Shown here: piece after piece, positions 26,637 to 40,090 of the stretch
How positions within the stretch are numbered: the stretch's first letter is position 1
Layout: the number at the start of each line of letters is the position of its first letter
Source: Toensbergia leucococca
Taxonomy: Eukaryota
Assembly: GCA_022813965.1 (NCBI GenBank)
Contig: JALDZS010000015.1
Coordinates: 124,001-188,000, forward strand
Reading direction: 5' to 3'
DNA: 64,000 nucleotides
Notes under the pieces: generated by a model
The model's database searches: none
What the model saw: only the letters and a program-made list of their open reading frames with translations
Told to the model about the DNA's origin: nothing
Program-made: the position numbers and the translations under genes

Positions 26637-27770
26637 AATAGACTCCGGTATACGAAAAGATCCATGGTAGGCAGGCTCAGCGAAGGAGTATGGCGAGGAT
26701 GGTTACGACTCTTTTCAGCTTTTCGACATTGTGGATAGGGGGCAATCTGTGCTCCTTTCGGTGTGTCATATGATGTCAAAATTGGAAATAGCTTTAGGGA
26801 TTTACGTTTGGTAGTATGTATTGGGAGCATGGACTAGCGAAGGCATGTTTGACATGTCTGTGGTGCTTGAGGCGGGTATCAAAACAGTAGTGCTATTTAC
26901 TGCATCTTTACAGGTGCCAAATGACCGAGAATGGCGATGTTCAAATTCGGGTTTCTCAATCATGGATCTAGATGGGCATTACAGATACCTTATTATTGAG
27001 GTTTAGGATCGATATTTATATGAATAGAGCATTGAGGAAAAGGTGATCATTTGGATAGATGGATTTTGGATTAACTAATGGTCGAAAGACTCTCTATTCG
27101 ATGAAGACTTTTGATGGGATTCCACCTCATCTATATACCCAACTCCCAATGAAAACACAAGCCAGATGGAAACATATGAGGGGATTTCCCCTTGGCAGAC
27201 TCCTCACTTTCCCCTCACCTTTCCATGGTATTCGCGATTACTAGATAACATCAACACTTATGACCAACCCTTGCTGCACTCTTCCATTTTTCCGACCTCG
27301 GAGTCTCAAAGAGGAAGGCTGATAGATTATGTAGAGTAACCCCTCGGTAACAACTTCCCGACGTCACTCCAATCTGCCAATCTTTTCTACCGTTTGTGCA
27401 CGTGTAGCATTTGGCTCTCTCCACGAACTGATGTTACCTACCACGTGCACTTTACGCATGTTGTGACCTTACCGTGCTGTTGATTTCTTTTCTTCCTGTG
27501 CTAAAATTTTGTCTCTACCAAGTAGCTGCAGAGGCTTGTCGGCCGATGCAGCGCATGGATTGAGCTGCATCTCCCATTGGCTTTCCCCTGCACGATTGTT
27601 CATCTCATCGAGCTCATCCCTACCCCACTTAGAAGATTGCCTGCGATGAGGTCAGTAGGTATCAGTGAGAGCTGTTCATATACGACTCCAAGGCCGGGTC
27701 GTTGAAAAATGGCCCAGGTCCTAGGAGCACTTTCAGTGACACACTGCGTCTATCTCAGTTACCTTCTAAA

Positions 27771-30113
27771 ATGTTTAATTGTGGAGTTTTTGTTGCTTTG
27801 ACTCTGTTGAAGCTGTATGATCTTGTTCTTGGGGCTGTCAACTCGACCGAGCAAGCTCTGAACCCACAATTGACTAATACCATTGGTGATAATGGAGGAC
27901 CAACGCTCTACTATAATGGCTCTGGCCCGGTACCCCCGTGAGCTGTTCTTCATACCATTTCCCGTCCCCCCTGAATTGACAGTGCATAGATACAACGAGA
28001 CCTCTCCCATTCCGGCACCCTTCACTCCATACAATAGGTACGCCATTCTTCGGGTTTTGTCTCTCTGAACGATACTAAAGGATCATATTCACATAGTACC
28101 TCCAATCTCGAAGATTATTTCTACAACGAAATCGCGGCTATAGTGGCGAATAGGAGTCAATTCACGACCACATGCGAGAAATGCATTGCGGCAACCGAAG
28201 TCATGCACCTCGCGGCAATTACACAGCCTGTCTCTACAATTACAGACTTACTTATCCGTATCTGTGTGCTTCAAGGCTTTCTGAATTGGAGCAAGAGATC
28301 GAGCTGATCAATGTTCCAGGCAATCTTACCCATTTTAATATTTACGCCGCAACGTGTCAATCTGAATTTTCTGGGGTTGGTGGACTGGGGCCTTATTGGG
28401 CCCAGCTGTAATTCTTTCCTTTTTGGAGCACAGGCGATCATACTGCTAATGTATCAAGTTTCGCCAAAATGAGCATGGCCACAGGTGACATGCAAGCATG
28501 GTGTAGCTACAATTGGGTATAGATTCCCTCAAGAACGTCACCGTGGACGTGGCTTACCCTCATCTTAGGATACGTGCGACCCTCCACCAGTCATAGAAAT
28601 AGACGAAAGCCAATGGTTTAGCCCCAAGCCTCCGAGCGCTATGATCGTCCCTGAGCCATCGGGAAAGACCATCAATGTTCTACATCTGTCGGATTGGCAT
28701 CTTGATCCACGATTCGATATCGGTTCCGAAGCCAATTGCTCTCAGTACTTGTGTTGTAGGCCATATTCCACCAACACTAAGTTGCATACCGGTGTAAACA
28801 ATGCATCCGTACCAGCTTCTCGATTTGGATATTTGTATTGCGACTCACCTCCCGACTTGGCCCTATCTACTTTCTCCACAATGGAGCAATTCTTCAACAA
28901 AAGTGACATTAGTTTCACCATTTTTACGGGAGATATTGTTAGTCACGACAATGATGATCAGTTGAGCCGTGCATATGTCGAATATGAGGAGACTGTCACA
29001 TACGCAGTCTTCAAAGCGGAGATGGGTAACGGAGTCATCTACCCAACATTGGGTAATCATGACTCCCTTCCAGAGGCTTACAATACTCCTAATAATATCA
29101 ATGGCGAAAATGGGTCAAACAATATTTTCAGCTGGAATTATGATCTCCTCAGTTCTCTATGGCTACAAGACGGATGGATCAATTCATCCGAGGCATCTTA
29201 TGCATCTACCCATTACGGAGCATATGGCCACACTACTGCTCAAGGTTTGCGTATTATCTCCATCAATACCGATTTCTGGTATGTTGACAACGTCTTTAAT
29301 TATTTCAACTTCACCAATCCGGATCAATCTGGTATCCTGTCCTTCCTGATCTCGGAGCTTGAGGCCTGCGAAGCTCAAGGCCAAAGAGCATGGATCATCG
29401 GTCACGTACTGTCTGGTATGAAATATGAATTTTGGTTCCATGAAATCCAGTAATATTGACAACTTTCAGGTTATGACGGATCCAACGCCTTACCAAACCC
29501 CACCGCCCTCTTCTACTCCATCGTCCGTCGCTACTCCCCAGCCACTATCGCCGGTATTTTCTTCGGTCATACTCACGAAGATCAAATCGAGATCTTCTAC
29601 GACTATCTCCCGAATAGCCTTGGTAACGGCACCAATTCGACCTCCTCCCTCCGCAATACCACCCTAGTCGACTACTCTAAGCCCCTAACAATGGGCTTCA
29701 TCGGCCCTTCCATCACTCCCCTTACCGGCAACAACGCAGGCTACCAGGTCTACCAAGTCGATGCCAAAACTTTTGAGATCATGGGCATTCAAACCTATTT
29801 CGCCAACGTCTCGGAAGCAAACACCTGGACGACACCCGTCTGGAATTTTGAGTACGACACCCGCTCTACCTACAACATCAATGGCTCCTGGCCCGCTACT
29901 TCGCCGCTGAACGCGACTTTTTTCGACAATCTGACAAAGGCTATGTTAGTCAATCAGACGCTGGTTGAGGAGTATAATCTGCTGGAGACGAAGAGCAGTG
30001 TTGTCACAAAGAATTGCTCTAGTGCTGCTTGTGCGGCGCAGAAGGTTTGCTATATTCGGAGTGGGAGTGCGGCGTTGGGGAATGCGTGCCCTTATGGGAA
30101 TGGGCCGTTCTAG
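27771..30113 (+). CDS. Secreted acid sphingomyelinase-like metallophosphoesterase
   Basis: Signal peptide; HLSDWHLD, FTGDIVSHD, LGNHD, WIIGH, FFGHTHED, PSITP..NAGY; many short 5' exons. Confidence 0.9.
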
Positions 30114-30832
30114 GCGATTTAGGTCGGTGGCTAGGAAGGAAGTTGGTGGGACGAATAGTTGATATATGGTGGCTGATCAAGATCTTAGAGCTGGTGAAAC
30201 ACCATCGCGAAAAAAAACAGAACACAAAATGCACGACTACTATATACTAGCGGTCTTAGAAACCGGATCTGATAGATGCGATTTTAAATCCATCTTGACA
30301 CACATAAGCGCCTAGGTACACAAGTAGTAAGTGCGCATTGCTATCAATTACTGTCAAACTCACGACCCGGTCCACACCTCCAGAAATTTAAAAAAGAGAC
30401 TGTTCAACCGCGAAAGATAAACGAACTGAGGTACATGGCACTACATTCCTCCTCCGTTGGCCAGCTCCAACTCAACTCCACAACAGCGACTTAACCATCC
30501 CACAAAGATGGTGCTAGTATCTCTGATAGCGATGCATACGGACACTCAAAGAACAATGCCAACTACTGCAGGTGAGACAACTGACAAGGAACGTTTAGAG
30601 TTCTTTGTCTTCAAAACAGCGCTTTCATAGTGCATACTAACCTCGAACGTTCAGTTCCCTTACTGCTCTTTCTACACTCACATCTCTCTTTGACATGTAT
30701 TGTGCATTTGGTAAGTAGTAATATTTATAACACACGCCGGCCTCGTTAGATCTAGACGAAGAAACTACTTTGTTACAGGCAAGATTAGCAAGCTTCACGA
30801 CTATTCATTATCCGGAACTGTTGCACCCTGAA

Positions 30833-32392
30833 ATGCCGTCTCAGATCCGTGATGGGAAAGTTAAGCGGGCGCGCCGAGAACAGAAACACGTCAACGAGGG
30901 AGAGCAACGACTTATCAACGATTTACACCAACAGGGCGTGGATCAAACCAGGCAACAATTCAAGGCAAAGGAGATTAATCGCTCCAGATGCTCGACGACA
31001 TCAATTGTAGAAATCAAACTTGTCGTACTCAGAGCTAGAACCAAGTCGAGTCGAGCGGCTAGCTTGCCTCAAGACTTTAAAGAGCTGTACCCGAAGCCTT
31101 CAGCCTCATCAACAGCCTCATCAACCAGGTCAAACTGGTTATCGTCCTCCTGTGATAGCCTGTTTCTCTGGCAGGGCTACCAGGACATGTGGGTGGCTAT
31201 AGTCCATAGGCTCTATATAATCTGGTATTCCTTGACAACGACTCTTTTCGAAGGAGTCAATGGCTGTTCAAGCTTGGGCCACTACCTCCTTTGCGCTCTG
31301 AATCGGTACCTACGAAAACCTCTTGTCCTTTTAGGCCTCTTTCTAATCTTGACAATTGGGGTCTTGAGCACTTCACCAATCATTCAAGTCAGCAAGTCAG
31401 TCTTCTACGATTCCTCTCACATTCGTGGACTTGAAGATCCCAGCTCCCGAAATCAATCTGACCACGGGTTTGGATCACTTATCACACAGGCTGATACTCA
31501 TGACGTTCCTATACGATTGACGATGTACCGGACCGCGATGGAGACCTTTGAAAATTCCATTGAGTTCAGCAATCTGCCATCTCGAGAAAATTTGACAAAA
31601 GCGATAACACCCTTTATTTCAACACTTAATGCAGGAGTCAAGCAGCTCGCCGACTTCGTGAATAAAACTTCCCAGACGACTTACGCCATCACTGAATTCG
31701 GCGAGTTTTACATAGATGCCATTGAGATCAAAGCAGAGAATATTATGAGAATTCAAGACATTGGTGAAAAGAAGGACAGATGTAAGGATATACATCAGGG
31801 TAGTCAAACGAGTCTGCAGAGATTCTCTCAATACGTGGAGCCTCTACTTGACGAGTTCATCTCTTTAGCAGATAGTTCAGACGGCGACTTCAGCGCCATG
31901 ATTGATGGTCTGACTCCCATCATTGAAATTCTCAGTCATGATCTGAATGTCACCATAACCAAGGAACGAGTACAACAGCGCTGGTGGCGATTCTGGGAAT
32001 TGCGTCCTGTTCCACTTCGTGTCACTACAGAAGACCTCAGTTTCTTACGCCGCATGAAACTCGGGATCAGCAATACCTGGAGCGGGTCGCAAACCCTCAA
32101 AGAACGATTTCAACTCCTGAAGAAACAGTACAAGGAGGCGGTGAAGAATGGGTCGCGCTGGAAGAAGGCCAATAGGGGCGCTCCGCGGGTAGAAGAGCAT
32201 CCGCTTTGCGATTACCCGGGGAGGGTGTCCAAAGAATTCACATCAATTTTCAATGTCTTAACGAACTGTTGGGATGCAAATACACAGGTTCAATCAGTTT
32301 TAGGCACCATGGACAGGTTGGAAATGCAGAAAGATTTGGAAGTAAGAGTCAGAGAAAAGAGAGGGCAAGGTGTTTTCAGCTTTTTCAACTGA
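30833..32392 (+). CDS. Hypothetical membrane-anchored alpha-helical protein
   Basis: Long ORF (520 codons from ATG 30833) with one strong TM segment (PLVLLGLFLILTIGVLS) and a helical C-terminal region; no family recognised. Confidence 0.65.
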   Translation: MPSQIRDGKVKRARREQKHVNEGEQRLINDLHQQGVDQTRQQFKAKEINRSRCSTTSIVEIKLVVLRARTKSSRAASLPQDFKELYPKPSASSTASSTRSNWLSSSCDSLFLWQGYQDMWVAIVHRLYIIWYSLTTTLFEGVNGCSSLGHYLLCALNRYLRKPLVLLGLFLILTIGVLSTSPIIQVSKSVFYDSSHIRGLEDPSSRNQSDHGFGSLITQADTHDVPIRLTMYRTAMETFENSIEFSNLPSRENLTKAITPFISTLNAGVKQLADFVNKTSQTTYAITEFGEFYIDAIEIKAENIMRIQDIGEKKDRCKDIHQGSQTSLQRFSQYVEPLLDEFISLADSSDGDFSAMIDGLTPIIEILSHDLNVTITKERVQQRWWRFWELRPVPLRVTTEDLSFLRRMKLGISNTWSGSQTLKERFQLLKKQYKEAVKNGSRWKKANRGAPRVEEHPLCDYPGRVSKEFTSIFNVLTNCWDANTQVQSVLGTMDRLEMQKDLEVRVREKRGQGVFSFFN

Positions 32393-32838
32393 TTGTTTGT
32401 CTTCGTTGAGTTGAGGGTAGTCTTGCGGAATATGGAGGAAATATTGTAGCTGCGCGCCATATCATCATATGGCGCTTTTTTAAAAAGAGGGTTTGACCCG
32501 ATTTTATAGGCAAGAGAGCAGCAAATTTATAAGCTTGAAGGACGAGATTAGATAGATTGATCTTTTTTCGTAGTGGTTTCCGGGGAGATTGTCGCGCTTC
32601 TGCTCTTATTGCAAGTCTTGGAAGTGCTTTGAATGATGAAGCGGGGCACGAAAATGGCCATCATGGTTTTGTCCGTCTGTGCTGTTCATATTTGATAAAA
32701 AAGGGCACGATAATTACTTTCAATACAAGCAAAGTAAGGTACACATGAATAGCGTATTATTCTTGTTTTTTACTTGCAATGTTACTTGAGCCCAAGCTGA
32801 CAACGAAACAGCCACTCCACAACTTCCTCAATCTTGCG

Positions 32839-35800
32839 ATGTCTGATCTCTTTCAGGTCAGCCATGTTCTTTGATGATTATACTCAGTGTTACTAACTTT
32901 ACCTTCGCTACTAGCTTTGTCATGTCATTTATCCAGTGACTGCTTTGGCTATTGTGAGTACAAGGTCAACGATTTTGTTGTTGGCTGGAGAAGGACCCTT
33001 TCTTCGCGTCTTTGACCATGCTACCCGTGAGCTTCTCTGCTCAAAACGTGCCCTTCATTCGCAGGCTATTCATGGCATTCAAACATTCTGTCCCCTGGAC
33101 TCTTCTCCATCTACCATCTCTTCGGTAAGAGCTCTGGTATGGGGTGGTCGCTCTTTCTGCCTTATTAGCCTTCAGATCCACGAGAATGCTGAAGATGGTT
33201 ACGAGCTGCGGCTTTTTCATGTTGTACCAGAGACTCTAGCGACTGATTGGATTCATGATGCCTGCTTCAGGCCGGAGAGTCTTCATAAGAAACATGACGA
33301 TGAGTCTTTTGGTGATGTGGTTATGTTGACGTCTCATAACGTATTATTATCTTTCTCGCATGTAAAGAGTCGTATAGACTCGGATGAGATCTCTATCTTG
33401 AGGCCCATACTGGAAGTTGTTGCTACGGGGCCGCGGTCCATCTTGTATTCTGCGCATCTTGCTTGGCTAAGCCCTTGGCACGTCCTGGTAGCTGCAGGGA
33501 CCGTATTTGGAGAGGTTCTTTTGTGGTCTTCTCTCATTGATAGCACTTCATCAATTGCTAGCAACTCAGCCTCTGTTCAGTTGCACTATACTTTTATTGG
33601 CCATGAAGGTTCTGTATTTGGGGTCAGAATCTCCAAAGAAAAGACCCCCTCGACTTCTGCCTCTGTCCCACAAGTTCAGCGAGTTCTGGCAACTTGTAGT
33701 GATGATAGGACGATCAGAGTTTGGGATATATCAAGACTCATCGTTGACAAGGAGACGACTCGTAAATCGCAAGAGACCGCCAGATCTGAATATACTAAAG
33801 TTGGTACTGGATTCTGTAACGATTTTCATGAAAGAAATGTAAAACATTCAAGAAATCAATTAGCTGTGACTTTAGCACATAACTCACGTATCTGGGGCTT
33901 GTGCTTCCTGTCCCAGAGCGAAAAAGTCCACCAGCTACTATCATTTGGCGAGGATACCACTTCACAGATTTGGGAATTGAACACAGATCTATCTGTCGGA
34001 GGCTCTGACACGATGCTCAGTCCCCAAACTCATTTTCTCCATCATCAGTCTACTTATGGGTTTCACGTTGGAAAGAGTATATGGGGAGTAGCCACCCATG
34101 AAGAGCCCAAAGAAACATACCTGGTATCTACTGGAGGAGCAGATGGACGAGTTATCTCATATCGAGTCAATACTCCAGACGCTCAACATTACGGCTATCT
34201 TGCCCCTTCGCGGTGGAGTATGGCGGACGTACTTTCCCAATTGAAAAACTCTCACAACAAGATTTCAACCACTCTCGAGAATGCAACTCAAGGAGATTCT
34301 CTTGCTAAACGTAGTTACGACGGTCTCGAAGGACATTGGAAAATTTTCCGCAGTCTTAAAAGTAAGCTAACAACTTACCCATCCGGAAATTTTGAGGGCA
34401 CCGCGGTACTTCAGAAGCGACCTCCTACAAGTCAGGAATATGACGCTGAGTATCTATACATCGAGGACGGTCGACTTGAGACTGATCAGAAGTTCTCTAT
34501 GAGGGCAACCCGTAGATACGTATACCGTTATCAGGAACGAGCGGATATATTTTCTGCCTGGTTTGTCAAGCCAGACGATGGCGAAAGTGTCGACTATCTT
34601 TTCCACCATCTGGATTTTCAGGATGGTGACTGTGCCGAAGTGAAGCAGCAGAGCAAACATGAAGTAGAAGAGTTACGAGCGAGTGGGCATCATCTGTGTG
34701 TCAGGGATGACTACGACGCTGACTATACCTTCTTGTCTAGAGGTGCAGCCCTTGAGGAATGGCGGGTAAGGTATGATGTCAAAGGACCTAGCAAAGACTA
34801 TGTTGCTTACGCCCAATATACGCGTCATGAATCAACGGATAATTCAGGACATAAATCCATCACTAGCAGAGCTTTGCTACATAGTGGGATTCCTGGAAAA
34901 GAAGAACCAGTCAATCCACAAGATACAGACTCCTTCAAGAGCTATGTCTGGATCAATGAGAAAGCATTTCTGGCTTCCACTGAGCAGGGTTATCTTCTAA
35001 TAGGAACCTTATATCTTACAGACATGGGTGATACAAAGTCGGATGAATCCCCTCACTCATCACCAAAAGTCACATGGAAGCAGGTTTCTCAAGTAAACGG
35101 CTTAAGGTCCTACTGTGTAGCGGCAAAAGTATCCGGGCATCAAGCAACCTTACTAGGTGGGTCTGATGGTACGTTGTACATCTACAATCATGGAGAGGAA
35201 TCTATCAAGCCGATGGGAAAACTTCCACGCAAGGTATCTAGCATCTTCGTGGAGGCAACGAAGCAACGTGAAAGTCGCATGCAAGAACATCCTGAATCAG
35301 GATCGTTTATCATTGTTGCGTGCTGTCTTGGATCTTCCATTGCATATGCGTTTATCGTCGAGCTATCTGTCAGAGATGGATCAGAACTAGGTGGCTTTTC
35401 CATGACTAGACAAATGATACTTGAGTTGCCTATGAATTTCATTGTCACAAGTTCCTGTTTTATCAGGAGCAAGGAACTCTTCATTCTTGGTTCTCGTAGC
35501 GGTGCTATATCTTTTCACCATCTCGGATCCCTACTCGAAGATACCGATCGGGTCGCTTCCTGCCTTTGCTTGCGTCACATCCACGGCGAGGATTCAGTCA
35601 CCGTCATCAAGGCTGTACCGATTGACGTCTCGAAAACTGGAATTACCGGACTTTATATCCTCACTGCGGGCAGAAATGGCAAATATGCCGTACATCATGT
35701 GGAAACTCACCGGAATGCTGACCAGAAGGTCTGCCTGAACATGCAAACAGTACACGTATCCACTCCTCCTTTTGGTCCAAATATCGAAGGAGCCCACTTC

Positions 35801-37233
35801 GACAGGGTTACGGATGAATTACTGCTCTGGGGTTTTCGGAGCAAAGACTTCATAGTGTGGAATGAATCCAAGCAAACCGAAGTCATGACCGTCGAGTGTG
35901 GCGGCGCTCATCGGACCTGGGCATATACTACGCACGATGATGGCAATGACGGTGGAAGTCTGGTTTGGACCAAAGCATCCTCCTGCAATGTGCTCTCGCA
36001 AAAAGAAGCTTCCCATCAAGTCTTTCAACGTGGGTCTCATGGCCGTGAGATCAAGTCTTTGGCTATATCACCTGCGTTGAAAGACTGTAGTGGCAGAGTA
36101 CGTAGACTAGTTGCTACTGGAGCGGAGGATACCACGATTCGCATATGCAGCTATGATATGGAGAGATCGAATCCTACCGATGGAGGCTTTGAGGGTCTAG
36201 CAGTCCTGACGACGCATACGACAGGCATTCAACAGCTAAAATGGTCTTCAAGGGGAAATTTCCTGTTTAGCGCGGCAGGATGTGAAGAGTTCTTTGCATG
36301 GCGAGTACACTCACTACCGTACTTCGGTATCGGAGTTGTCTGCGATTCGCATTGCCCAACCGTGACCGAGTCGGCGGATCTCAGAATCATGGGTTTTGAC
36401 GTTGGGGATATCACCAGCGAAGAGAAGACGAATGATGGAAATACCAAGTATGAATTTTTCATAAGCATGGTATATTCCGATTCCTCAGTGCGGGCAAGTA
36501 AACCCTCGTCTCTCGCCCCCAAAAGCTGCCCTAACCTCCACAGATCTACAACTACAACCCCTCCTCCTGCCAAGAAGAATTCTCCATCCTCTCAACAGGG
36601 TCATACACAACCCACTGCCTGACTCAAGCCCTCCACATCTCCTCCAATTCAACCACATACCTCTGCACCGCTTCCACAGACGGCCAACTAGCAATCTGGC
36701 CCCTCCCCCTTGACATCCAAACCCACCCTACGTCCCCAACAACCCTCGTCCTCACTCACCGCCTTCCCATCCACCGCAGCAGCATCACAAGCCTAATTTC
36801 CCTACCCTTGACCGGCACAACCACCCTCCTCGCAACCGGCACCGACTCCAACGCCCTAGCATTCACCCTCCTCACCCTCCCTTCCCCCAACGCACCAACT
36901 CTCCTTCTACCAAACGCCCACGCCGCAGCCATAACAGGAATAGCCTACCTCGGCCCCCTCACCAGCACCTCCTCCAGCCTCACCATCACAAACCACCGCT
37001 TCGTGACCGCGAGCAACGATCAACGCCTCACAGCCTGGACTGTGCGGGTTGATTTAAGTAGGGAGGGGGTGGAGGGGTTGGAGGTTTTCAAGCAAGGGAG
37101 TGTGGAGTCTTGTGTGGCGGATGTGGCGGCTTTGGAGGCGGTTGGAGGGGAGGGGGAGGAGGGGTGGGGTGTAGTTGTTGTGGGGGTTGGGGTTGAGATT
37201 TGGGGGGTTGGTGGTGGGGGGAACTTTCTGTGA
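32839..37233 (+). CDS. WDR6/Trm734 (Rtt10)-like WD40 protein with DUF6314-like insertion
   Basis: RSILYSAHL, VAAGTVFGEV, GHEGSVFGV, SDDRTIRVWD, VECGGAHRTW, HGREIK, ATGAEDTTIR, SAAGCEEFFAW, ASNDQRL. Intron 32857-32914 and GC-AG intron 36494-36543. Confidence 0.9.
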
Positions 37234-38301
37234 AGGGGGGAAGGCTGAGGAGGAATTGGGGGTAAGTGGATTAGTGGAGATGTGGAGATGGATTGTTGGA
37301 TGGGAGTTGTGACCCTTCTTGTTGTTTTCTTGGACCTGGGATAGGTGACGGTTGTGTTCACCAGGTGTGTTTTTCAGCAAGGAGGAGAGGTGTGTGTGTG
37401 TGTTTTCAGGGGATTTGACTATACCTTCCCCTTTTTTTGGGGGCATGTGACAAACGCTCTTTTCCGACCACTGTACTGGTTAGGCAGCAGTATAGAAGGC
37501 TGGGGGGGGGTTTGTAGAGAGCTCAATCTCGAATCGAAAACAGCCACGGGGCTTAAGAAGCTTAAATTCATTCCATTAAGAAAAAAGCTAGAGGTAGCTT
37601 TCAATATCCCCCGTTTTTATAACTATGCAAGTTCTGCGATTTGTTCAAGAAACGTTGCATCTGAGTGACACTTTTTTTTTTCCTGTTTGGATGGAAATGT
37701 GCTCGAAGGAAAAGTGTGGGCTTTATATAAGTGACGGCTTAGATCTACTACCTACCTCAGCTTTTGGACAACGAAACCTGGCGCCCTTCCTTTTCAGTAG
37801 ATCATGCCATTCTCTATACGGAGTAACTTGAGACCCAATTTTTTCAGACCGCGCTGATAAAACAAACCCTTTTGCTCGAAAATACAAATCACCGAGGCGA
37901 TGAAATTAATCATCATGCCCGCTCAATCCAGGTGTACATTTTCCCCCTATTTAATTTAAATCCCCACGACACTTGTTGATGAAACACCCAGTTCTTGTAT
38001 CAAACCTGAAGTGGCTGATCTTGGGGAAATCAGGATTCTTCGATCTCGGGGTTTACCCGTTTCAGATGGAATGATGAAGGGTGGTGATCTGGAAGCGCGT
38101 GTGGAGAGGAAGACCTCTACTCTTTTCTTTCTTGCGCTCGGGGTTGTCGTTTTATATTCGCGACAAGCCTCGGAGAACCCCACCTAGTAAATACAAGATC
38201 GTGGGGGAAGGGGAGGTTTTCTGTTTCTTTATTGCTAACCAGCATTTCAAATCTGGTGCTTCGAAAATTATGCGTGGCCCGAGCATATTCGTAACCTACT
38301 C

Positions 38302-39256
38302 ATGATGTTAAAATTTCTCTTAGGTATGTCTTATCTGTTCGTATTGAGTATTGCAGATGCACACGCTCTGTTTATCGGCCCTCGGTCTCAACGGCTGAAA
38401 CAGGATGAAGTGCCTACATCTAGGTTAGTCATATCAGCCACAGGCAACATATTTCCTACCTTCTGATGCAAAGCACATTGCACGTAGAACTAAATCGCAT
38501 AGTTCACTACTCACCTTCTCAATCAACATCCTCGACTCCCATGGCACTGACATCACTTCGCTCATCTCAAGCCATCACCATCATCTCTCCCTATCTTCCA
38601 CCCAACTCCAAAAGCGCGCGTCCACACCCCAAACCCTCTGCACCGACCCCACTGCCCCTGTTTACCGTTGGTCAACATGCAATCACCACATAAGTCCTCG
38701 GAGTTTCAGTATACGCTGTCAAGGCCGCACCCCAGTATCTCAGACCGGGATTGAAAGAAACCGTGGCTACGCTCGTATGAAACAAGTCACCACCTCTGGC
38801 GATTGCGCCGATACGGAAATCTGTGTCGACGGGTTTCGGCCCCGAGACTTGCCCTATGGCCCGCTGCATCGCGTGGCATACTGCGTAGACATAAGTAATT
38901 TCGTGCGGATAGCAAAGGACAATACAGCTGCGGAAAGTGCAGTGCCACAAGTAGTGATGACGGATGTCGAGGCTTTAAAAACCGGTCAAATCTGGACTGT
39001 CCAAGCAGTGATGACCGAGGCTGATAATATGACAAGTTTGCTTGCCGAAAGCCTGGAGATGCAGGCGCAGACCTATACAATCCTGTCCAATATGCAGCTG
39101 TGGCATACAATGATTGGCGGTTCGGCGGCATGTGCAGAGTGTTCGAGTGTTGCGCTCCAGCAAGTTCCAATCGGGGCGCAGAGGATCAAGGCAGACGTCA
39201 TTCTGCCAACGGCTACTGCAGTGGGTTTGCTGTATGTGGTTTCAGTTGCGTGGTGA
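38302..39256 (+). CDS. Secreted Cys-containing protein (291 aa, 2 exons), unknown function
   Basis: Exon 38302-38423 (MMLKFLLGMSYLFVLSIADA...), intron GTTAGT..CATAG, and exon 38503-39256 in frame with ORF 38777. LQKR pro-site, GDCADTEICVDG, AYCVDISNFV, CAECSS. Confidence 0.75.
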
Positions 39257-39900
39257 CCTGCTTATGAGGGGAGCAATGCACTGTTTCAGTATTCGATTCA
39301 GCTACCTGCTTCGTTCTCTTTTATCTTCCCCTTCCCGTTATTGCAGTCAAGCTTTGTAATGACGCTAGTGCTAAGAAATATCAGTACATCTCGCCTTTGC
39401 GGCGGTAACAAATTAGCGTGGATCAATTACCAGCTTCACATAGTAGCCTTCCATTGGCGCCTCCCTAGATACATAGATGCGGCCTGTAAATCTGGATTTT
39501 ATGATGCATAGTAAAGGTGATCTGCTTGTTTGGTCTTGCTGACTAAAGTGGGAATGAGTCGCTCGACATAGAAGGTTGGAGTTGGACGATCTGTGCGATA
39601 TCGAGTGGTTGAACTACTCAAAGAAAAGTATTGAGGTGTGGAAAGGAGATCTAGGCGCTGAACTTGAGAAAGTCTCAACAAATAAAGGCTGACATGCTTG
39701 ATGTTGTTGAAAAGGAGCGGTTGTTGGTACAAGATATCCTCCATCGACCGTAATGGCTTCCACGACAATGTGACTATCGCCTCAATCCTTTCTGAAGAGG
39801 ACAATTGTCTGAGTCTGTCGTATTGTTTCTATCTTTATTAGGTTGTCATATTTGTATCATAGAAGAGTGAGAAGACATGTTACTTACCCTCATCAATGGA

Positions 39901-40090
39901 TCAGTAAATGTCGCCAACTTCAGTACCGTCAGATACATCAGAGCCAGGATTCTCGCCCATGGCAACTAGATTTTCGATTAACCACAAGAAGCTTGCTGAA
40001 ACTTTGTTTCTTAAACGCACGGTATATGGGGAGAGCAGTGCTGAATGCCGCAAGACCAAGGATATAGACAGCCAAAATGATGACCCGCAT
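39901..40090 (-). CDS. Tiny secreted peptide (44 aa), candidate RiPP precursor
   Basis: Exon 40090-40021, intron 40020-39966 (GTGCGT..TTAAT..TAG), exon 39965-39901 give MRVIILAVYILGLAAFSTALPIYLAMGENPGSDVSDGTEVGDIY*. TATAAG ~110 bp upstream; 3'-UTR intron 39887-39829. Confidence 0.7.
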
